Virus record (IMG/VR): IMGVR_UViG_3300048881_000698
Coordinates: 1-64,000 of that record
Strand: one strand, 5' to 3'
DNA from: a virus
Taxonomy: Duplodnaviria; Caudoviricetes
DNA: 64,000 nucleotides
Under the pieces are notes generated by a model that saw only the letters and a program-made list of their open reading frames with translations, was not told where the DNA came from and searched no databases. The translations under genes and the position numbers were made by a program. This document shows, one piece after another, positions 1 to 7,552 of this stretch; within the stretch, counting starts at the first letter, position 1, and each line of letters starts with the position of its first letter.

Positions 1-328
1 TGGGGCTCTGTTTGGCGTCCCAATATGCTTTGTTGCCACGTTCGTACTTTTCTCCAGGCTCATATTTCATGGTAGTTCGATTCAGCGCTTCACCTCTGTC
101 AATCCCTCCTTTGGGGCTCTGTTCTTCAATCTCAGCTAGTACGTTGTAGAGTTCCTCTTGTATCGCTTCTTCGATTGTAGGCGCGGTCTTCTTCGCCGCC
201 TTCTGGTGCGTGGGCGCCGGCGCGGCTGTGTCAATCGTACCCAGTGATCTAGGCGCCGTGTACTCTGAGAGCACAATATTAAGTTCTTCTTTAATCACAG
301 TGATTAATTGTTGTTTGGTTAGTTTCAT
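1..328 (-). CDS. MKLTKQQL-IKEEL-tag protein, runs off the window end (partial)
   Basis: ATG at 328; my translation MKLTKQQLITVIKEELNIVLSE..., open to position 1; 4-nt ATAA/ATG-type overlap with the next gene. Confidence 0.8.
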   Translation of the reverse strand, partial: MKLTKQQLITVIKEELNIVLSEYTAPRSLGTIDTAAPAPTHQKAAKKTAPTIEEAIQEELYNVLAEIEEQSPKGGIDRGEALNRTTMKYEPGEKYERGNKAYWDAKQSP

Positions 329-816
329 TTTAATTCCTTAATTAAGCTAGCTAATTCAAGCTGAATGGTTTCTTCGAGGCTGCCTGGCCCCCAACCGGTT
401 TCTCCGGCTTCTCTCGCTTTACGCAGCGCATATTTGTGTTGTGAAGGCGCTGTATGTTCCCATGGCGGCGGGTTTTCAAGGTAGTCTCTTTCACGTTCAG
501 CATGCTGCGTACGCGCACGATCAGCTTCATGCGCTTCCTCCCATGATGGCGAAGGAAGCCCGGCCGGGCCTCCGGCTGCCCAGTCTGCGATTGGGAATGT
601 GTCGTATATATCGCCCATAGTGGCAATTGCGGTACCCAGCTCGGCCATTCGCTGCTCATAACCTGGCCATGGCTGATCAGAACCTTCGGGCGCCGAATCC
701 GGCCCCCGCGGGCGGTCGAGGAGGTTCAGGGATTCCTGACCCTCGTATTCCTGCAGTAAAGTGTTTAGCTCTTCTTTTATTACTTTAATGAGCTGTTGTT
801 TGGTAAGTTTCATCAA
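325..816 (-). CDS. MKLTKQQL-IKEEL-tag hypothetical protein (putative virion/prohead protein)
   Basis: 163-aa ORF, shared N-terminal motif, GGAG SD and late-type motif upstream. Confidence 0.8.
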   Translation of the reverse strand: MMKLTKQQLIKVIKEELNTLLQEYEGQESLNLLDRPRGPDSAPEGSDQPWPGYEQRMAELGTAIATMGDIYDTFPIADWAAGGPAGLPSPSWEEAHEADRARTQHAERERDYLENPPPWEHTAPSQHKYALRKAREAGETGWGPGSLEETIQLELASLIKELK

Positions 817-833
817 GAATCTCCGTTACTTTC

Positions 834-844
834 TATAAGTAGTT
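834..844 (-). promoter_or_regulatory. putative late promoter motif AACTACTTATA
   Basis: Motif ACTAHTTA recurs upstream of tag/structural genes at 834, 1149, 2108, 25594, 33998, 36888, 40197, 42917 and 52112. Confidence 0.6.
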
Positions 845-846
845 AA

Positions 847-1128
847 TTAAGTATTGAACTTTCCTTTTAAACCAACATACGGCGAGCCGCTTTTGACGCC
901 GGCTTCCACAGGAAAGTCTTGGACCGTTTTTGCTATACCTTTGACCCGGGCCATTGGATCGATCCCGGCTTTAGTTTTTTGAAGTCGCCTAGGCGCGTAC
1001 GCTGCATCCCCGGGGCGATCTAGTTTTGGCCGCGGGCCAAAATCTATAGCAGCTGCCTCTTCCTCGCCCAAAAGGTCATCAAGCTCTTCTTTAATTATCT
1101 GCACTAGTTCTTGTTTGGTTAGTTTCAT
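847..1128 (-). CDS. MKLTKQEL-IKEEL-tag hypothetical protein
   Basis: 93-aa ORF with shared tag and duplicated upstream element. Confidence 0.8.
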   Translation of the reverse strand: MKLTKQELVQIIKEELDDLLGEEEAAAIDFGPRPKLDRPGDAAYAPRRLQKTKAGIDPMARVKGIAKTVQDFPVEAGVKSGSPYVGLKGKFNT

Positions 1129-1148
1129 TGAGAATCCCTGTTACTTTC

Positions 1149-1159
1149 TATAAGTAGTT
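1149..1159 (-). promoter_or_regulatory. putative late promoter motif AACTACTTATA
   Basis: Identical to the 834-844 copy, in a shared AACTAYTTATAGAAAGTA context. Confidence 0.6.
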
Positions 1160-1178
1160 GGCGCGCACACTATAAGGT

Positions 1179-2087
1179 CTAATTTTTTTTCTGGTTTTCT
1201 TTGACTGTTTTTAATTGTCTGAGCGCTTCGGCATGCGAAGGTCCCCAACTATAATCCTCGCCTTTTGTGCCGAGAACATGTGAAAGATTGTATTTTTCTA
1301 GATCCTCATAAAATTCAGGCAACGTTGAACCCTTCAATGGCCTATGGGATTGCCATTTTGGAACCCACCCGCCTGTAATAGTGTGTAAGGCATTTTGGAT
1401 AGCTCTCTTTGTATCGACGTCACCGCCTTTTACAACACGTGCGGCTTCTCGATCTTTTCTTGCAGCTTCATCTTCAGGCAAGTTAAGATCCAATCGCCTT
1501 CTCAAATCAGCTGCCATTTTTTCCGTCCATCCGGGCGCCTCTCTTGCAACTACGTGACGCTTGCCTCCTGATTCTTTACTTTGAATTTGTGTGCCGAAAG
1601 AAGTAGGCACACGTTGACCACCTGGCAGCGAAAGACCTTGTGGGTGCGCGCGATCTTCCCATTTTTCTGCTTCGAGTTCGGTTGTTGTAAGGCCGGCATC
1701 TGGACGCATTAGAAGTACTTCCTGTCCAGAATCAATTGCATATTTAAGGTTGTCTGGCATTTTGGTACCTGGAGGCCAGTGTTCTTGTGGTACACCGGCA
1801 AACTCCCAATCAGTAAGAAACGGTACGTGCATGCGCGCATATGCTGGCTTTCCATCGTAGGTTAGGAACTCTTCTTCTCCTAGGCCATAGCCCAATCCGG
1901 GATCGGTCTCGAGTTCTGTGCCCATTACTCTCCACTTTTCTCCTGCAGACATATTTCTCCAATCGTCGTCTAGGTTCGTTGTTGTTTGCCGGCCCTCGGA
2001 AGTTTCCACGCCTGCACCACCCTCTGACAAGAGTCTGTTAATTTCTTCTTTTATAACGTTAATTAATTGTTGCTTGGTTATTTTCAA
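1179..2087 (-). CDS. MKITKQQL-IKEEI-tag hypothetical protein
   Basis: 302-aa ORF (TTG start), shared tag. Confidence 0.8.
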   Translation of the reverse strand: MKITKQQLINVIKEEINRLLSEGGAGVETSEGRQTTTNLDDDWRNMSAGEKWRVMGTELETDPGLGYGLGEEEFLTYDGKPAYARMHVPFLTDWEFAGVPQEHWPPGTKMPDNLKYAIDSGQEVLLMRPDAGLTTTELEAEKWEDRAHPQGLSLPGGQRVPTSFGTQIQSKESGGKRHVVAREAPGWTEKMAADLRRRLDLNLPEDEAARKDREAARVVKGGDVDTKRAIQNALHTITGGWVPKWQSHRPLKGSTLPEFYEDLEKYNLSHVLGTKGEDYSWGPSHAEALRQLKTVKENQKKN

Positions 2088-2107
2088 TATGAATCTCCGC
2101 TACTTTC

Positions 2108-2118
2108 TATAAATAGTT
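2108..2118 (-). promoter_or_regulatory. putative late promoter motif AACTATTTATA
   Basis: Third copy of the same upstream cassette. Confidence 0.6.
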
Positions 2119-2374
2119 GGCATGCGTTCTATAAGGTCTGTTTTTTTTTCTGGGGATTTTTTGCAACTTGATTTACATGAAACCCATTCTTCTACAGAAT
2201 ATATAGCTTGCGCAAACTCTTCGAAGCAGCTTACACTCAAGACTGTTAACCCGATTAATAATATTATGGTTCGCATTACAGTAAGTATACAGAATCTGGA
2301 ATTTTTTCTGAGCGCTATATCGTGCTTGTACTAAGGCGCGCTCTGCCCTTGCCCTAGCCTAGGACATAGATTCC

Positions 2375-2401
2375 GGGGATGGGGAGGAGGGGGGGAGGGG
2401 G
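2375..2401 (+). other. G-quadruplex-forming motif in a non-coding gap
   Basis: GGGG-AT-GGGG-AGGA-GGGGGGG-A-GGGGG: four G runs of 4 or more with loops of 1-4 nt. Confidence 0.6.
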
Positions 2402-2507
2402 TGTGCACCTTACTCGGTGTGCTAACCTATCCCCTTTTCTTATATACCCTCAAGAGACAAACAGGGTGCGGCTGTTAATGTTTCCCCCTCCCCTTATATG
2501 TTATAAG

Positions 2508-2840
2508 CTATGGCAGATACTTAGGGCATGTACTTTTATAATGACCTGTGATCCCACAGTTACCACATTTACCTTTTACGCCTGATTGTCTGCCTCTCCC
2601 TCTCTTACTGGAAGTGTTAACAGTTTTATTTTTATAACCCTCGACCTTTTTTCTTTTGGGCGTTGAAGTTTTGCGCGTTACCTTTTGTGGCGTAACGTTT
2701 ACCACTTCTTCGACCTCGAGATCCGACGCGCGATCTTTAAGTTGATCGAATCCGCCGCCTTCTGCTACATCATCAAAGATACTGTAAGCGCCATCAAATA
2801 TATCATCAAGGCTCGAGCCTGCAAGAAATAAACCGTTCAT
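2508..2840 (-). CDS. zinc-knuckle (CCHC) protein
   Basis: C-terminal CGNCGITGHYKSTC; likely start MNGLF at 2840 with AAGGA SD. Confidence 0.7.
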   Translation of the reverse strand: MNGLFLAGSSLDDIFDGAYSIFDDVAEGGGFDQLKDRASDLEVEEVVNVTPQKVTRKTSTPKRKKVEGYKNKTVNTSSKRGRGRQSGVKGKCGNCGITGHYKSTCPKYLP

Positions 2841-2850
2841 TCGTTTTCCT

Positions 2851-2973
2851 TTATGCGCTAGCGTTATGCGCCTTGACAAGATAAGCAGCGGTTGCGTGAT
2901 TGTGGCAAAGTTCGGTTTCGCCGTTCGGATACACGACGTACCAGGATCCATTATAAAAACTGACTTGAGCCAT
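2851..2973 (-). CDS. 40-aa early peptide
   Basis: My translation MAQVSFYNGSWYVVYPNGETELCHNHATAAYLVKAHNASA; purine-rich leader nearly identical to that of 3606-3869. Confidence 0.55.
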   Translation of the reverse strand: MAQVSFYNGSWYVVYPNGETELCHNHATAAYLVKAHNASA

Positions 2974-3044
2974 TATTTATTTTCTCTCTCTCTAAGGGGT
3001 TTTCTCAACTGACTATAACTTATTATCTCATATCCTCGAGCACT

Positions 3045-3185
3045 TGTCAAGGGTTTTCTTTCACTGACTGCACTTTTATTCTCGCCTGTCAACGTATTGT
3101 CAGTGTCGGTTATATGACAGGTGATCTGAATGTCATGGTAGGTTTTGGGGGTGTCAATAGCCTGACAGGTTGCGAGTGGTTGACA
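3045..3185. repeat. cluster of TGTCA/TGACA pentamers
   Basis: TGTCA at 3045, 3087, 3098, 3131 and 3152; TGACA at 3115, 3163 and 3181. Confidence 0.6.
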
Positions 3186-3288
3186 TATTCTCGAGAATGT
3201 GCTTAATAGTATTACTGCTAGAGCGTATATCATGAACCTTTTATTTCCTACCTTATATCTTAACTATATATTACGACGGTTAAAGGGG

Positions 3289-3486
3289 CTACCTTATCCC
3301 ACTGAAAGTATTAAAGCCGATCTTTCTTTTTGGCTTATCTTCTGATTCAATGCCGAGATATTGGTTAACCGCTTCACGTGCATCATCAAGGTTAAGTGTT
3401 GCAACGCCATGACCGGCTGGAAAGTGTACTATACACGATCCGTCTACTTCCTGTACTATTAAAGGTACTTGTACTACTTCACTCAT
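3289..3486 (-). CDS. hypothetical protein
   Basis: 65-aa ORF, co-oriented. Confidence 0.6.
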   Translation of the reverse strand: MSEVVQVPLIVQEVDGSCIVHFPAGHGVATLNLDDAREAVNQYLGIESEDKPKRKIGFNTFSGIR

Positions 3487-3555
3487 TATATATTTATTAA
3501 CTCTCGGAAGGTTTACGGTTTAAGTGATGGGTTCAGGTTATATGTTATAGGTTGA

Positions 3556-3582
3556 GGGCAGTTTTAGACTTGCCCAGGTCTA
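3556..3582 (-). other. compact H-type RNA pseudoknot in a 3' UTR
   Basis: Minus strand TAGAC-CT-GGGCA-A-GTCTA-AAAC-TGCCC; stems TAGAC/GTCTA and GGGCA/TGCCC. Confidence 0.55.
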
Positions 3583-3605
3583 CCCCGATTCGGGTACGTT
3601 AAGTG

Positions 3606-3869
3606 CTAGGACTTAACTGTCAAAGAACCTTCGTTGTCCTTCAGGAAGGCTTTCAACTCCTTCACAAAGGAGGGGTCAAGGATTTTGTCCCATTGTCCTT
3701 TATAAAGGGTTGTGGGGAAACGCCCCAGACCATAGACAGAAACTCCACCTTTTGGCGATACTTTGATCGACATGGTAGTTTTTTTCTTCTGTTTAGCTTC
3801 CTTCAGTTCAGCTTCAAGGGCAGAAATGCGGGCGTTAAGATCGGTTGCTTTAAGTTCAGGCTTTGCCAT
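3606..3869 (-). CDS. conserved small protein (KVSxKGxxSVYGLGRFPxTLY family), possibly nucleic-acid binding
   Basis: 87-aa ORF, N-terminal coiled coil plus recognisable motif; has its own promoter. Confidence 0.75.
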   Translation of the reverse strand: MAKPELKATDLNARISALEAELKEAKQKKKTTMSIKVSPKGGVSVYGLGRFPTTLYKGQWDKILDPSFVKELKAFLKDNEGSLTVKS

Positions 3870-3917
3870 GATTTATTTTCTCTCTTTCTCTAAGGGGTTT
3901 TTGATTGTTATATTACT

Positions 3918-3946
3918 ATTATAGCAAATATTTAAATGAAAGTCAA
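3918..3946 (-). promoter_or_regulatory. sigma70-type early promoter
   Basis: TTGACT-17-TATAAT with ATTTAAAT in the spacer. Confidence 0.85.
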
Positions 3947-4125
3947 GGATTATTTTTCGTTCGATTCCGGTGGGCGAAGTCCGGTTCAAGGCTTGCCATT
4001 ATCTCCACTTGCTCGGGCTGCAATAGTTGCTCGCCCTCTGTTGGTTGCGCTAGTGTTGATCTATGGCAGGCACGCCCTGTGTTCACTCTTTCAATGTTTA
4101 ACCTTTTCTTGATTATCTTACTTAC

Positions 4126-4154
4126 AGTATATCACAGATTTAAATGGTTGTCAA
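4126..4154 (-). promoter_or_regulatory. sigma70-type early promoter
   Basis: TTGACA-17-TATACT, ATTTAAAT spacer. Confidence 0.85.
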
Positions 4155-4321
4155 GATTTATTTTTCACGCCACAAGCTCGGAGGAACCGATCCACGTCAA
4201 AGCGGGGGTTGTCCTCTCTGCACACACTAGCGAAGGAAACCGACAGACTCGCTCGCTGGTGGTCCTCGAGGTGTGTTGTCTTGAGAATCTTTGCGATCTT
4301 TTCATAGTCTTTGCGGGTCAT
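4151..4321 (-). CDS. small phage protein (DNPRFDxxRFxxAC motif)
   Basis: My translation MTRKDYEKIAKILK...EDNPRFDVDRFLRACGVKNKS; GAGGTGG SD, ATGA overlap. Confidence 0.75.
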   Translation of the reverse strand: MTRKDYEKIAKILKTTHLEDHQRASLSVSFASVCREDNPRFDVDRFLRACGVKNKS

Positions 4322-4473
4322 GCTACCACCTCTTGCAGTTCGAGATCCAGGCCGGAATCCTCCGCGATGCGTGCGGGCACCTCTGCCGATGCGCGTTTCT
4401 GGTACGGTTCAAGCGTACCGTCTGCACATGGGGCATACCATTGATTTTTCTCGTAATCGTAAACTAGCAGCAT
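4318..4473 (-). CDS. 51-aa hypothetical protein
   Basis: My translation MLLVYDYEKNQWYAPCADG...; follows promoter at 4514-4542. Confidence 0.55.
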   Translation of the reverse strand: MLLVYDYEKNQWYAPCADGTLEPYQKRASAEVPARIAEDSGLDLELQEVVA

Positions 4474-4513
4474 TTTGCTGTTTCCCTCATGGGTTTTTGA
4501 TTGTTACTCTCTA

Positions 4514-4542
4514 AGTATAACAGGTTTTTAAATGATTGTCAA
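4514..4542 (-). promoter_or_regulatory. sigma70-type early promoter
   Basis: TTGACA-17-TATACT. Confidence 0.8.
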
Positions 4543-4719
4543 GGATTATTTTCGTCGCCTGGTCCGCGCGGCCAGGATACGTGAAACGTGATCTTCGATG
4601 CGACGGTTTATTTTATTGTCGGCAAAGAAGGGGATTGCATCGCCTTTGATTAAGCGGTGTGCGAAATATTTGATTTTGCCGAAGCTCATTTTTTTCTCTT
4701 TCTCGATTATCTTACTTAC

Positions 4720-4748
4720 AGTGTAACAGATATTTAAATCAATGTCAA
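4720..4748 (-). promoter_or_regulatory. sigma70-type early promoter
   Basis: TTGACA-17-TACACT, ATTTAAAT spacer. Confidence 0.8.
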
Positions 4749-4760
4749 GGTTTTTATTTT

Positions 4761-5003
4761 TTAATCGTCGCCAGGATCAACACACGCGGGCTGTCCCCAC
4801 CATTCATATTGCCAGTCTGAAATATGATGGCTTTTGCAGAGGTAGTCCGTATAGTTGTTCCATGCCTCTCGACGCATCGGCCAATCAGGGGACTCTGTGA
4901 ACCCGTTAGCCTGCTCCTGTAACACGATTCCAGGCATATAATATTCTCTGAAGTCTGAGACTGCCTGCGCCCATTTCATCACTGTTGTTAGATTCTTAGC
5001 CAT
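4761..5003 (-). CDS. hypothetical phage protein (REAWNNYTDxLCK motif)
   Basis: 80-aa ORF, GGAG SD. Confidence 0.75.
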   Translation of the reverse strand: MAKNLTTVMKWAQAVSDFREYYMPGIVLQEQANGFTESPDWPMRREAWNNYTDYLCKSHHISDWQYEWWGQPACVDPGDD

Positions 5004-5006
5004 TTT

Positions 5007-5255
5007 TTATACTCCCGCAAACAGGTTGTCTTGCTCTATAACGCTCCAGCCTTCCACGTGGAACCGACGAACACCGACAGAAGCAGCAGAGATCTCCATC
5101 TCGAGGAAACCTCGCCCGTGATCTTCAGGAGTGCGGGTCACAATACCCAGAGTCCCAGGCTGGCAATACCAACCCTTTGCGCCTGCTCCGTTCGGGTGCG
5201 ACACTCTCACTAGGTCGCCTACTCGGAACGTTTTTTTGTCTTTTTCGATTATCAT
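5007..5255 (-). CDS. KOW/SH3-like small protein (FRVGDLV), leaderless
   Basis: 82 aa; ATG 6 nt downstream of the -10 box. Confidence 0.7.
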   Translation of the reverse strand: MIIEKDKKTFRVGDLVRVSHPNGAGAKGWYCQPGTLGIVTRTPEDHGRGFLEMEISAASVGVRRFHVEGWSVIEQDNLFAGV

Positions 5256-5261
5256 ACTTAC

Positions 5262-5290
5262 AGTATATCAGATATTTAAATGAAAGTCAA
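5262..5290 (-). promoter_or_regulatory. sigma70-type early promoter
   Basis: TTGACT-17-TATACT, ATTTAAAT spacer. Confidence 0.85.
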
Positions 5291-5293
5291 GGA

Positions 5294-5488
5294 TTATTTT
5301 CCCTGACTGATCACCTTGATTAAACTAGCGTTTTGGAAAATCATGATGGGCGCGCTTGATTCGACACGCTGAACCCACCACATGCCGCCTGATTTCCCGC
5401 CTGTATAGGCTGGACCCAGGACAAGGGCAACGTTGTTCTCTTTCGAGCCTATCTGAATCATGTCGCCTGTTTTAAACCGTTTGTTCAT
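5294..5488 (-). CDS. KOW/SH3-like small protein (FKTGDMI)
   Basis: 64-aa ORF ending in IKVISQGK. Confidence 0.65.
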   Translation of the reverse strand: MNKRFKTGDMIQIGSKENNVALVLGPAYTGGKSGGMWWVQRVESSAPIMIFQNASLIKVISQGK

Positions 5489-5492
5489 GATC

Positions 5493-5642
5493 CTACCCGA
5501 AATGCGTGATTGTCAGTTGATATGAATACGCGGCGGCTTTCTTTTCGTCTGCCGCGCGGTTGTTGGCTTTGCCTGTTGCAACTTTCACGTTGGCAGGATT
5601 GCCTTTGCTGTTGCTTTTTTGTATTTCGATTTTTAAAGCCAT
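5493..5642 (-). CDS. small hypothetical protein
   Basis: MALKIEIQKS...; start reassigned to 5642 because the track start crosses the promoter. Confidence 0.55.
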   Translation of the reverse strand: MALKIEIQKSNSKGNPANVKVATGKANNRAADEKKAAAYSYQLTITHFG

Positions 5643-5672
5643 TTTTTTCTCTTTCTCGATTATTACTATTAC

Positions 5673-5701
5673 AGTATAGCAGCTTTTTAAATAGTTGTCA
5701 A
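5673..5701 (-). promoter_or_regulatory. sigma70-type early promoter
   Basis: TTGACA-17-TATACT; upstream TCATTGAAGAAAAATAAAA element shared with about 12630-12650 and 15000-15020. Confidence 0.85.
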
Positions 5702-5733
5702 GTGTTTTATTTTTCTTCAATGATCTCGGGCAT

Positions 5734-6300
5734 TTACCCTGCCAGGGAGCAACCTTCTTCGAGCGGGTTGCCCAGCCTGGACTTGAGCCTTGTGCCCTGG
5801 GGTATTTGGAAAGGGGGAAGGGAGCGCCTGAATCTAAGTTGACTCCACGCCCGGTGATAAGATGCCTCCTATCGGTGGACTGGCGCTCCCTTCACCCCGT
5901 AGAGAGAGAGGCGGGTTCGATCACATGGTTTCGGGTAGCATATAGCTACCTTCTGTGCCCATTGAAAGAGGACCACAACTGTGCTTTTTCACCTTCTCCC
6001 TCTCCTTGCCAGAGGGGGTGAGGTTAGGGAGTCAGACCTAACCTTACTTTATCCCCTCACGTTGACTAAGACGCGGAGATCGCCACCTAAGACCCGCCAA
6101 ATCAGGCGCGGCTTGCCCCGGCAGAGAGTTGAACTCTGCTCTTAGGTGGTGCCTCTGGCTTTCGTAGTGTGCTACGGACTCATTTTATTCTAAGTCCGAC
6201 TAACAGCGTGCTCGACCTTTGAGGTGGTCAGGTTTTCACCTGGCTACTGTCAGGGCTCCACCCACACACTACGTTTTTTCGATTCGATTTTTAAAGAACT
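5734..6300 (-). ncRNA. large structured non-coding RNA or polycistronic small-RNA cluster, family unassigned
   Basis: Own promoter at 6307-6335; no credible ORF; helices 6163-6171/6265-6273, 6083-6092/6140-6149, 6021-6028/6037-6044, 5817-5828/5882-5893, 5934-5939/5945-5950, 5749-5754/5766-5771; GAAA tetraloop and G-U pairs on the minus strand. Confidence 0.7.
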
Positions 6301-6306
6301 GTTTAT

Positions 6307-6335
6307 ATAGTACCAAACATTTAAATAAATGTCAA
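6307..6335 (-). promoter_or_regulatory. sigma70-type promoter of the ncRNA locus
   Basis: TTGACA-17-TACTAT, ATTTAAAT spacer. Confidence 0.85.
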
Positions 6336-6479
6336 GCACTTTTTTTCAAAATGGTAAAATGTGTGAAATATACTCATAGGCTCCTTCTACCAAGGCTTCA
6401 ACCCTATCGGGGAACAAGGTATATAGGAGGAACATTAAAATGGATATTGCCACAACTTCAATAAAAATACGCACTTGCT

Positions 6480-6707
6480 TTATCCTTCAGGCAAAATATT
6501 TTTCGAGTCACCATCTGGCGAGAATAGCGTACCGGGGACCGACCCGGCAAGCAGTCGATTCCAGCCGACGACATGACTGATTTTAGAACCTGACTCGACC
6601 TGCAACAGTTCTTCATCCGTTAACATGACTACATAGCCTTCAAGGTCATACGTTTCGCCGTCGCCTAAAACAATGATCCTGTTTACTCTTTCCTTTGCTT
6701 CTTTCAT
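6480..6707 (-). CDS. hypothetical protein (IIVLxDGETY)
   Basis: 75-aa ORF. Confidence 0.65.
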   Translation of the reverse strand: MKEAKERVNRIIVLGDGETYDLEGYVVMLTDEELLQVESGSKISHVVGWNRLLAGSVPGTLFSPDGDSKNILPEG

Positions 6708-6895
6708 TATGATATTTCAAACTCCTTTTGTAGCGACTCCTGGCTTGAAGCCAAGCACCAGACTATATCCGCATCGTAGTTGATGGTACAGCCAGTAAAA
6801 CTGTAAACTATACCCTCTTTGGGGTATTCCTTCACAGGCTTGCTGCTGGAAAGACCGGCGACCATAAATAGTAGACTAAGCAGTTTAATCATCAT
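6707..6895 (-). CDS. small signal-peptide-bearing protein
   Basis: Hydrophobic N-terminus, follows promoter at 6937-6965. Confidence 0.55.
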   Translation of the reverse strand: MMIKLLSLLFMVAGLSSSKPVKEYPKEGIVYSFTGCTINYDADIVWCLASSQESLQKEFEIS

Positions 6896-6936
6896 TTAGC
6901 GCTTTTTCCTTTCTCTCTTCGATTGTTTCTGTTACC

Positions 6937-6965
6937 AGTATAGCAAATATTTAAATGAAAGTCAA
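6937..6965 (-). promoter_or_regulatory. sigma70-type early promoter
   Basis: TTGACT-17-TATACT, ATTTAAAT spacer. Confidence 0.85.
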
Positions 6966-6980
6966 GCACTTTTTTTTTCT

Positions 6981-7181
6981 TTAAGAGTCTCGGGAACTTA
7001 GAACTTCCACGTCCCTAAGCTCGCGCCAACTTTGATCATTCCTATCGTGAGAAAACCACCTGACCAGAACTTGCCCGAATGTCTCTGATACTGCCACTAC
7101 AAACCCACGAGCACAATACTGCTGTTTGTACTCCTCGGACCAGTTACAGGCATTGTACCTGACTATATCACCGACTTGCAC
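6981..7181 (-). CDS. KOW/SH3-like minigene (MQVGDIV)
   Basis: Family N- and C-terminal motifs. Confidence 0.75.
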   Translation of the reverse strand: MQVGDIVRYNACNWSEEYKQQYCARGFVVAVSETFGQVLVRWFSHDRNDQSWRELRDVEVLSSRDS

Positions 7182-7365
7182 TGACCACCTCCAAGCTCCA
7201 ATCTGTCCACCAAGCGGGGCTTTGCGGTTGTTGCGCCCACTGGATTAAACATTCTGTCGTTCCTTCATGAACATCAAACTCGGGGTGCTCTCGTTGTTCT
7301 ATCACCAGTCCAATCCAGCCTATGCGTCTGCCTCTCTTCGGCCTTACTAAGTCACCGACTTGCAC
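7168..7365 (-). CDS. KOW/SH3-like minigene, paralog of 18345-18542
   Basis: GTG at 7365 inside the junction; MQVGDLVRPKRGRR...LEVVSASR. Confidence 0.8.
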   Translation of the reverse strand: MQVGDLVRPKRGRRIGWIGLVIEQREHPEFDVHEGTTECLIQWAQQPQSPAWWTDWSLEVVSASR

Positions 7366-7552
7366 TGACCAGATCCACATAAGGGTTATCGCAGCTATCA
7401 CCGTGAGTATTAATATCCATAAGAAAATATCCACCTGTTTCAAGTGTGACTGAGTGTATCACGTCTGCATATCTCCTGCCTGAGTTGTCCTTTCGTATGT
7501 CTGAGATAATATAAATCTCGTCCCACATTCTTATCAAGTCACCGACTCTCAT
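7352..7552 (-). CDS. KOW/SH3-like minigene, paralog of 18529-18744
   Basis: MRVGDLIRMWDEIYIISDIRKDN... Confidence 0.8.
   Translation of the reverse strand: MRVGDLIRMWDEIYIISDIRKDNSGRRYADVIHSVTLETGGYFLMDINTHGDSCDNPYVDLVSASR

Noticed and set aside
2973-3233. 86-aa minus-strand ORF
   Set aside because: It runs through a promoter, a leader and the TGTCA cluster; more likely non-coding
5734-6300. tmRNA, RNase P RNA, SRP RNA or self-splicing intron; also plus-strand ORFs 5510-5842 and 5695-6021
   Set aside because: Diagnostic motifs (tRNA-like CCA end, GAGGAAAGUCC, SRP loop, group II domain V) not found by eye; the ORFs are antisense, lack an SD and look non-protein-like
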